Shown one piece after another: positions 20,206-27,248 of a stretch of DNA of 64,000 nt. The translations under genes and the position numbers were made by a program. This stretch comes from an uncultured Methanoregula sp. (lineage in GTDB: Archaea; Halobacteriota; Methanomicrobia; Methanomicrobiales; Methanospirillaceae): NCBI GenBank assembly GCA_963662735.1, contig OY759744.1:970153-1034152 (forward strand), read 5' to 3'. Numbering within the stretch: position 1 is the first letter of the stretch; every line of letters starts with the position of its first letter. The notes under the pieces are model-generated. The model worked only from the letters and a program-made list of their open reading frames with translations, had not been told where the DNA came from and did no database searches.

Positions 20206-20904
20206 TTAAACCGGGGCTGGTACGGGCCGCGGTGGGGAAAAGGGGCAGGGAGCGCTTCGCGCCTGCTGTACCGGGCATGCCGGTGCAGCAGTTTTTGGAA
20301 CGGGCGCAGGAACAGCGTCCGTTTTCATGATCTTCTGCATAGTTACAACGTTCCCGATACCCCAGTCATAGACCCGGTAGCGGAGCAGGCCCTTCTCGCG
20401 GGAGAAGATCCAGAACTGGAGGTTGTCGGCATGCGACTTCCAGTGCGACTCCATCTGCCGGATCTCCTGTTCGTAGAGTTCCGCAACATTGGCAGCGTTC
20501 CGGACGGGATCCCGGGGCAGGACAACCCGGACAAGGAGGGAGTCCTGGTGATTCCAGGCATCGAGGTTGAAGGGGAACCCGTCTTCATGGTTCCGGAAGA
20601 CCCGGTAGCCTTCCGCTTCCAGGATGCGTACCGCTTCTGGCAGGCACCGGGGGTTATGCATCCCGGCGGGTTTTTTCGTCTTCGACCTCACGGGAAGTTT
20701 TCGCTCTTTTTTCCCCGAGGGGTGGTTCTTTTTGCTTTTCACGGTGTGGCGGGACGGATTCACCTTCCCGCTTGCCGCCGGTGCCCGGCCTGATGCCGTG
20801 CCGGCGGTTCTGGTAATCCTGGTGTTCGTGTGCATACTATCATTGCTGGTTCTCTCCGACAACGGTACTTGTACCCAGGCAGCGTTTCTGTTCGTTTCCG
20901 GCAT
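20206..20904 (-). CDS. hypothetical protein with a basic disordered N-terminal part and a C-terminal domain of nuclease-fold-like topology
   Basis: The C-terminal block LPEAVRILEAEGYRVFRNHEDGFPFNLDAWNHQDSLLVRVVL resembles the alpha-beta-beta-beta core of Hjc/PD-(D/E)xK folds but lacks the E-x-K. The start is uncertain: the ORF track start 20931 is TTG, and in-frame ATGs occur at 20904, 20835 and 20661. Confidence 0.45.
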   Translation of the reverse strand: MPETNRNAAWVQVPLSERTSNDSMHTNTRITRTAGTASGRAPAASGKVNPSRHTVKSKKNHPSGKKERKLPVRSKTKKPAGMHNPRCLPEAVRILEAEGYRVFRNHEDGFPFNLDAWNHQDSLLVRVVLPRDPVRNAANVAELYEQEIRQMESHWKSHADNLQFWIFSREKGLLRYRVYDWGIGNVVTMQKIMKTDAVPAPVPKTAAPACPVQQARSAPCPFSPPRPVPAPV

Positions 20905-21359
20905 GAAGCTCCCTGTGCAGTCACATCCCAAAGATTCCGTTTACGGGATAGTCTGTTGTGCGATACGTCCCACAGTGTCTTTCCGGGTTTCATCCGTGAA
21001 ACACTGTGTTATTCTAAAAAAAGAATCATTTTTGGATTTAAATATAGAGGATGGGAGGGGTTAGAGGAATGGGTGGGATGGGTTGGAGATCGGGATTGTT
21101 GAAGGAGAGTGTGTGAGCCGTCCGAGATCAGGATTCGGTTCCTGGGGAATCAACGATTCCTGCTCCTGATTAATTCCCCGTTTACTTACACGACCAAATC
21201 CATTCTAAGTATATACAATGTATACACACAGCATTTTGTGCCAAATGCGTAAACTCCGATTAACTTAGAACCGTGATTTTATGATAGATGAACCAAGTTT
21301 TCGTTGTAAGTGTTTTGGCGAATCAAGAACGGCAGGAGAACTTGTGTGAGAACGTCAGC

Positions 21360-22451
21360 TTAGCTCACTTTAAGTAATCCCGATTCTGAAATTATGGAAT
21401 ACATATCATCGAGTAATGTCGCGGAAACATTTGTATCCACGCAATCTGCGCATAATGCACTACGATTATAATGTACGAGTAATCTTATAAAAAAAGGGGC
21501 TTGGCAATGTTTTTTAGGAATATTTCTCTTACATGAGTTTAATAAAATTCTTCTAAAATACTGTAATCTATTTTCACAGTTTAGATCTGGCATAGATAAG
21601 GCCATGATTCTGAGTTTTGCATCGATTGAAGAATATTTAAACCGTATTGCCAATTTCTCGATATTATCTCCTTTTGGTAACCGGACATTAAATTGAGATC
21701 TCAAAAAAGTGATAGGATCCTCAAGATAGATTGTAAAATTAAATATTGAGTCAATCCCGAGATCGTTATCCTGTAGTTCCAAATTGTTACCATATTTATC
21801 TTTAATAATTTCTAAAATTCTCGATTTAATTGCTTCAATTGTCAATTCGGGATTTATCTCTACAACAAAGAAGTCATGTTCTTCGTCGATCGGCTCCATG
21901 CGTTTTTGGTAAACGTAAATAACTTTTTTATGCTCAGCGTAATATTCACCCGTATCTTCAATTATTTTTAAAAATTTAAATGAAATTTTAGGAAATTCTC
22001 GTTCCAATTTATCATGGGAACTTTTTAGCGCCATATATCCGCATACTTTTTTGAACCCGCCTAGCACTTCCAATTTGAATGGTGATAACCGAAGGATATC
22101 TCTCGTCTCTTTTCCGGTCGTAATTGCGTCTGTCAGAAGGATATTACTTTTATCAAAATTAAACACAGAGAAAAAATGATGTTCCATCGAATGCTGGCCT
22201 CGATGGCTGAGTGGTTTAATGGAAATAATAGTGCGCATTCTCTTAATGCTGTTTAGATAAGGATGGAATAGGTTCAATCCTTTGCGTTCGACAGCGATTA
22301 TGTTCGTTTCTTTATCCTGAACAATTTCTTTAATAAAAAAAGGGAAGAGCTCGTTGTCAATCGCATTTGCTAATCTTAGTGATTCTTCATCCGAAATGTA
22401 CCCCATTTGATTTTTTATTGTTATTGAGTCTTCAGTTGAGGATTTATCCAT
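21360..22451 (-). CDS. PRTase-like (phosphoribosyltransferase-fold) domain protein with an uncharacterised Cys-containing C-terminal domain
   Basis: 363 aa in AT-rich DNA. It has a NIIAVERKG segment and a PRPP-loop-like motif SNILLTDAITTGKETRDIL. The C-terminal ~200 aa are unassigned, with Cys clusters SCKRNIPKKHC and LCADC. Confidence 0.6.
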   Translation of the reverse strand: MDKSSTEDSITIKNQMGYISDEESLRLANAIDNELFPFFIKEIVQDKETNIIAVERKGLNLFHPYLNSIKRMRTIISIKPLSHRGQHSMEHHFFSVFNFDKSNILLTDAITTGKETRDILRLSPFKLEVLGGFKKVCGYMALKSSHDKLEREFPKISFKFLKIIEDTGEYYAEHKKVIYVYQKRMEPIDEEHDFFVVEINPELTIEAIKSRILEIIKDKYGNNLELQDNDLGIDSIFNFTIYLEDPITFLRSQFNVRLPKGDNIEKLAIRFKYSSIDAKLRIMALSMPDLNCENRLQYFRRILLNSCKRNIPKKHCQAPFFIRLLVHYNRSALCADCVDTNVSATLLDDMYSIISESGLLKVS

Positions 22452-22522
22452 CTCTTTATATTTTACGTATTTTTGATTTGTATCTTCCGAATACTGATAA
22501 ATAATTAAAACATAAGTTATAC

Positions 22523-22537
22523 GTTCAAATTTTGAAC
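22523..22537. promoter_or_regulatory. inverted repeat GTTCAAA-t-TTTGAAC in the divergent intergenic region
   Basis: 7-bp arms with a 1-nt spacer, between the PRTase-like gene and the wHTH gene. Candidate operator. Confidence 0.25.
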
Positions 22538-22740
22538 CTAATGCCCAAATAATAAACTATATAACCAGAAAAGAAGACATTATGGATAGACCTACTTTCA
22601 TGGTCGTGTTCCCATGAAGCCATGGGAGCAATCAGTAAAAAGTGGGACTATGACAACAACCTTCTCTCCAACTGAACCCCACAGTTTATGAGAAATCCGT
22701 ATGCGGGTTAGGTTAAGGAGACGTTGATAGATTGACATCT

Positions 22741-23025
22741 ATGTTAAAAAATCCCTTGTCCAACGAGTTAAAAGTGGCAACCGAGATATTCGGATGCCAA
22801 GAGCGGGGAGAGAAGGTCTGGCTTGGTAAACTCCAGGCAAGCTTAAACGGAGAGATCAGTAAGAACACGGTCTCTGCGGCACTGGATACCCTGTTTGACT
22901 GGGGCATTATCAAGGCAGAGTACGGCGAGACGGAAAATGGAAGGGCGGGACGATTGCTGATGATCAGCAACGAGTCAACCCCCATGATTAAAGAACTCTA
23001 CGAAAAATACTGGAAAAACCGATAA
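22741..23025 (+). CDS. small winged-helix DNA-binding protein
   Basis: 94 aa. ...ISKNTVSAALDTLFDWGIIKAEYGETENGRAGRLLMIS resembles a recognition helix plus beta-wing. ATG 22741 is used because the ORF track start 22732 is TTG. Confidence 0.55.
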   Translation: MLKNPLSNELKVATEIFGCQERGEKVWLGKLQASLNGEISKNTVSAALDTLFDWGIIKAEYGETENGRAGRLLMISNESTPMIKELYEKYWKNR

Positions 23026-23035
23026 GCAGTGAGAT

Positions 23036-23818
23036 ATGGATACCTCTATTTTTCCCAAGTATGAGTACAAGGGGATTACCCATCCCCAGAAGACCATTCT
23101 TGTCGCGGTTTCCAAATATGCGGAGAGCTTCCTGCGGTTTGCTCCGCGGAAGATCCAGAATTTTCCCTCCCACGGGGTTGATCATTCTGTCAGTATCATC
23201 CGGATGATCAATTCCTTTCCTGAAGAATGGGGGATCAAACTTACGAGAACCGAGCGGTTCATTCTCTATGCAGCAGCATGGCTCCATGACATCGGCTGCG
23301 TGAAGGACCGGACCCCGCACAACAAGATCTCGGTTGACATCCTGATGAACAGCGAGAGCATCTGCGATTCCTTCAACCGCCTGGACAGCGACCTGCTCTT
23401 CATCCTTGAGTATGTCATCGAGAGCCACTCCTCATCGTATGACATCAGCACGGTCCCAGCGAAACGGGGAGCAGTACGGGTCCGTCTCATCTGTGCGATC
23501 TTCCGGCTGCTCGATGCGTGCGAGATCACGAACTTCAAGTGTCCTGCCTCGGTATATGCCGAGATTAAGGACGACCTGAAAACCCCGGATGGATCGGTTG
23601 ATACTGATGCTATCGAGTTCTGGGAAGGGCACATGAACATCAAAGATCTCGGGTTCTTCAAACCGGAGATTGTTGTTCTTGTCAATCATGCCCGTAAGAG
23701 CAAGAAGATCACGGACCGGCTGGTCAAGGAAATTGAATCTGTGCAGGAGATCTTTCGCGAGAATGGGATGGATGTGCCGGTTGTAAAGGTCAAGGCGAGA
23801 ACAGCTGGGATTGATTGA
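23036..23818 (+). CDS. HD-domain metal-dependent phosphohydrolase
   Basis: HGVDHSVSII ... AAAWLHDIGCV ... ESHSS ... FRLLDACE, an H..H / HD / H / D pattern. Starts 10 nt after the wHTH gene. Confidence 0.7.
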   Translation: MDTSIFPKYEYKGITHPQKTILVAVSKYAESFLRFAPRKIQNFPSHGVDHSVSIIRMINSFPEEWGIKLTRTERFILYAAAWLHDIGCVKDRTPHNKISVDILMNSESICDSFNRLDSDLLFILEYVIESHSSSYDISTVPAKRGAVRVRLICAIFRLLDACEITNFKCPASVYAEIKDDLKTPDGSVDTDAIEFWEGHMNIKDLGFFKPEIVVLVNHARKSKKITDRLVKEIESVQEIFRENGMDVPVVKVKARTAGID

Positions 23819-23841
23819 AAGAAAATTGGTAATTCAGAAAA

Positions 23842-24933
23842 TTACTCCAAATAAAACTGATCAATTAACGGAATATCTTTCTTTTTTAGATCAAAAAAGC
23901 TCTTGTATTGGTCATCAAGGTTATCATAATGGGACAATATCCAATCAACCAGACTATCCTGATCAATAAGTTTGATATTCTTTTTTCCCGAGGCCTCCGC
24001 CTCTTCAATGGCAGGTCTAGTAAATGTACCTATAGTAACAATTGCTCCGTGTTCATCCGTTCCAAGGGCACCCCGTAACTGAAGCACAACAGTATTACCA
24101 ATAGGTTTCGGAACCTGCTTTACTTGGACCTTTAAATCAAGGGTGACCAATTCAGTCGAAAGATACCCGTCTATATCAATTCCTTTATCGCCGACATATT
24201 GCCTGTTTGCTGCTTCGAAACCACTTATACTGAGTAAATGGGAGGTAAATTCTTCAAACTGTCTGGGGTTCATGCTCAACAAACGCTCTATGATACGACT
24301 ATGAATATCTTGTCCGGTTACTTGTGTTATTGGATTCTGCAGATTTGCCGAAGATTTCTCTGATATCAAGGATTCAACTTCGATCTTATGTTCTTCGAGA
24401 GATATAACTGTCAACCAGACAAGTGAGTTTTTCAGTTTAGTGGAAAGTTCCGAACGGGGTATTGATCGTACCCACTCAACATTCCGCCGGTTCGTATATG
24501 GGCATTTGTCACCCCAGTTTTCCTTCCACTGGTAATCACCGCTGATCCGACCGATGATCACTGATCGTTTCGAAGGATTGGGTAAAAGGAAGATATCGCC
24601 ATGTTTGATAGTTCGGACAAAACGGAGGATTTCACCACACTGGATCCCGACCTGGCTGTTGGTGACATTCTCATAGATGCGTTTATGGAGCACTTTCAGC
24701 TTTTTCAGTGCATCCTCTTCAGACGCTGATGATAGCAGCCAGCTGAGGTCCCCGAGTTCATTCCAACCAATGGCGATGAACTTTTTGGAATATCCTTCAT
24801 CGACATATTTTCCCCCCTCGCCAAGCCTGATGCCCCAGTATGCGGTCATGTGGATCAGAGGGGTATTGGTTAAAGGAGGATATAAGAGGATATCAAATCC
24901 ATTTTTTTGTGTATTTAGAATAGTTATACTCAT
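23842..24933 (-). CDS. Mrr-family (type IV) restriction endonuclease with an unassigned N-terminal domain
   Basis: The C-terminal FEEFTSHLL...GDKGIDIDGY...LKVQVKQ...LRGAL...GAIVTIGTFTRPAIEEA matches the Mrr catalytic core. The N-terminal ~170 aa carry a FIAIGWNELGDLS motif. Alternative start at ATG 24849. Confidence 0.75.
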   Translation of the reverse strand: MSITILNTQKNGFDILLYPPLTNTPLIHMTAYWGIRLGEGGKYVDEGYSKKFIAIGWNELGDLSWLLSSASEEDALKKLKVLHKRIYENVTNSQVGIQCGEILRFVRTIKHGDIFLLPNPSKRSVIIGRISGDYQWKENWGDKCPYTNRRNVEWVRSIPRSELSTKLKNSLVWLTVISLEEHKIEVESLISEKSSANLQNPITQVTGQDIHSRIIERLLSMNPRQFEEFTSHLLSISGFEAANRQYVGDKGIDIDGYLSTELVTLDLKVQVKQVPKPIGNTVVLQLRGALGTDEHGAIVTIGTFTRPAIEEAEASGKKNIKLIDQDSLVDWILSHYDNLDDQYKSFFDLKKKDIPLIDQFYLE

Positions 24934-25504
24934 CTAATAATTTCAAAATGGGTTTTTTAGGATTAATTACTTCAGTTTTTAATTGTTCAACTTGTTGTTT
25001 TGAAATCCGACTAAATTTTAAGTATTTTCCTGCGGGATCGTTTGAATAATGACAATGATACGCTCTCGCAATTTTATCATCCCAAATCGGGAAAAATGAT
25101 GGAGCTAATAGATGCAATGTCTTTGCAACAGATACCGGACTTCTCGATCCTTTTTTTGTGCCCTCCTCAATCTGAAGGGCAACCAAAAAATCCAGAAAAA
25201 TTAAACGCAACAATTTCTCATCTGATTCAGACAGGGTAGTTATCTCTCTATTTCTCAGGATAGTAAGTTTGTCAAAATGTTTAACGAGACATTGTTCTAA
25301 ATCATCAAAATTAAAAAACCCATAACGGTAGAAAGCTTGGTTCCAGGTTAAAAGCAAAACTCCCAAACCATCGGTCATATCGGTGAAATTTCCCCAATTT
25401 TCTTTGATCAATTTTGTTGCAACTTTATACATTGCATCTCGTTTTTCGTGTTTTTCAAATTCCTCACAACCCTTTTGGAATTCATCGAATTGAATTTTCA
25501 GCAT
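24893..25504 (-). CDS. hypothetical 203-aa protein
   Basis: AT-rich helical protein, family not recognised. Its ATG lies 6 nt downstream of the stop of an hsdS remnant. Confidence 0.55.
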   Translation of the reverse strand: MLKIQFDEFQKGCEEFEKHEKRDAMYKVATKLIKENWGNFTDMTDGLGVLLLTWNQAFYRYGFFNFDDLEQCLVKHFDKLTILRNREITTLSESDEKLLRLIFLDFLVALQIEEGTKKGSRSPVSVAKTLHLLAPSFFPIWDDKIARAYHCHYSNDPAGKYLKFSRISKQQVEQLKTEVINPKKPILKLLDEYNYSKYTKKWI

Positions 25505-25510
25505 AAACGA

Positions 25511-25663
25511 TCAAACCCCACCCGCCACCTGCTTGACCACCGCCCCCGCCAGCCGCGCCTGAACACCCGCCCTCTCTTTGAACTGTGATTCGAGGGCATC
25601 GCAAATACGGCGATCTTGTGTGCGCGAAAAGCTGGGTTCCAAATGAAGTTTCAGATGATGGAT
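25511..25663 (-). pseudogene. hsdS 3-prime remnant 1
   Basis: Hand translation gives IHHLKLHLEPSFSRTQDRRICDALESQFKERAGVQARLAGAVVKQVAGGV*. The intact HsdS C-terminus reads ...PHLNVGDVKNFQVPLPPLAEQHRIVAKVDALMALCDALESCLKERAGVQSKFATAVVKQIGSM*. The remnant is a GC-rich patch in AT-rich surroundings. Confidence 0.8.
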
Positions 25664-26072
25664 TTACTGACATTCCAAAGCTCTATCAATGAGATAATAA
25701 TATATTATTAATATGCCGAGCTCGACATTTCAGTTCATTATGAAGAATCCCCCAACAATTTGCTTAGGTGGGGGAATACTGCTGTCACTCGCTGGGAATC
25801 CTCTCGGGGGTGCGGCACTTATAGTGATCGGTGTGTTCCTTGCAATCGCGTAACTGACATAAATCCGAACCGTCGCTATTCACAAGGATATCGATTCTGT
25901 ACCTCTGGGATTAAATATCCGCCGAGCACTTTTTTTTACATCCTTCTCAACCTTCCCAGTATCGAACCGAAGGATGTTTTGATGGTATACCTCATCTGTG
26001 CGGAGAATTACGAGCCAGAACCAAGAATCATAATGAAGGGTTTTATAATTAATTATTTCCATTTAGATACTT

Positions 26073-26390
26073 ATGATCATTGGAACTGAAATGCCGACAG
26101 CAGAAAGGCAAACACTTGAAATAAAAGATGGGGAATTCATTCTCAAGAAAATCCCGCGAAGCGACACTGGAGGCGGGAGACTCAATATTGATAAAGTAAA
26201 TGAAAAATGGCATATACAACTTCATACTCCGAAGGGCGAAATTTATGATTTTATTCCGCTTCAATTCGACGATACAAAAATCAACGATGCAGTTTACATA
26301 AAAACAGCGCTAGAAAAGGAGGCCGGGGATGGGGGCGCTGACAAATTATTGATAATTGGTGGGGAACAAATGTGGAAAAAGCAAGAATAA
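26073..26390 (+). CDS. hypothetical 105-aa protein
   Basis: The only sizeable ORF between the two hsdS remnants, and on the strand opposite to its neighbours. No recognisable motifs. Confidence 0.35.
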   Translation: MIIGTEMPTAERQTLEIKDGEFILKKIPRSDTGGGRLNIDKVNEKWHIQLHTPKGEIYDFIPLQFDDTKINDAVYIKTALEKEAGDGGADKLLIIGGEQMWKKQE

Positions 26391-26417
26391 ACCAAAATTT
26401 TGATTAGTGCTTTAATA

Positions 26418-26565
26418 TCATCCCATCACCTGCTTCACCACCGTCCCTGCACTCCCGCCCTTGCTTGGAGTTGTGATTCAAGGGCTCGAAGAAACCTGAG
26501 GTTTCTTCTCAAGGCACAGAGCGCCACATCGCACAACGCCAATCTGCGTGTAATGAGGGCAACGA
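26418..26565 (-). pseudogene. hsdS 3-prime remnant 2 (frameshifted, interrupted by a hairpin)
   Basis: Reads ..LALCD-[hairpin insert]-ALESQLQARAGVQG, then a -1 shift, then TVVKQVMG*. A perfect 9-bp stem gaagaaacc-tga-ggtttcttc lies at 26488-26508. Confidence 0.7.
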
Positions 26566-26590
26566 AAACATGCGTATTGAAAAAGGGGGG

Positions 26591-27247
26591 TTACTGTTCT
26601 GCATCTTTCAGTCGTTCAAACTCCAAGCCGGGAATCTTGATTTTACTTGCAAAAGGTAATAAAAATAGCCCTAAAACAACTCCAATTAATGCAATTTGTT
26701 CCGTTTTTAAAACAAGGAAACCGGTAAGATTCAAGATTAAAATAACAAGGCTACCGAATCCGAGAATCCAACATACTAACTGAAAATTTTTAATTGCATT
26801 TTCCTTTTCATTTAACAACTCAAAAAGCGTTTTCTGACGGGCACTATTCTTTAAAATTGAAATTTTTGGGATTTGATCGGATGAGAAAAAATCATATGAA
26901 TCAGCATCATCAGGATCTTGTTTTATTCGAGTTATTTCCAACGGTGTGTCTTTACTTTCGTTAGGATAAACAACAAATAATGGAATATCTTGATTTTTCA
27001 ATAATGACGCATATCTTTTTAATTGAAATTCCGCATCTTTTTCACGTTTTCGGTCTTTTCGACTTTTTATTTCAAATAATGCAATGGGTTTGTTGAGGAG
27101 TTTATCGATGATAGCTAAATCCACACGATAATGATGCCCATTGGACTCAATTGGCCATTCAAGGGCGATTGAATCCTCGGAGACCCCTTGATGTTTTAGG
27201 GTTTCAATTAAAATATTAACAAGTTCTCTTTCGTGAAATTCTCTCAT
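26591..27247 (-). CDS. PD-(D/E)xK (HsdR-N-terminal-like) nuclease-fold domain fused to two C-terminal transmembrane helices
   Basis: The N-terminal HHYRVDLAIIDKLLNKPIALFEIKS gives a D...E-x-K arrangement. The C-terminal helices are WILGFGSLVILILNLTGFLVL and IALIGVVLGLFLLPFA. Its ATG lies 1 nt after the hsdS stop. Confidence 0.65.
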   Translation of the reverse strand: MREFHERELVNILIETLKHQGVSEDSIALEWPIESNGHHYRVDLAIIDKLLNKPIALFEIKSRKDRKREKDAEFQLKRYASLLKNQDIPLFVVYPNESKDTPLEITRIKQDPDDADSYDFFSSDQIPKISILKNSARQKTLFELLNEKENAIKNFQLVCWILGFGSLVILILNLTGFLVLKTEQIALIGVVLGLFLLPFASKIKIPGLEFERLKDAEQ

Positions 27248-27248
27248 A

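Noticed and set aside
25760-26089. 109-aa plus-strand ORF, and the 60-71-aa minus-strand ORFs overlapping this region
   Set aside because: They have alternative (TTG) starts and mutually overlapping frames in AT-rich DNA, with odd composition and no motifs. They are probably non-coding.
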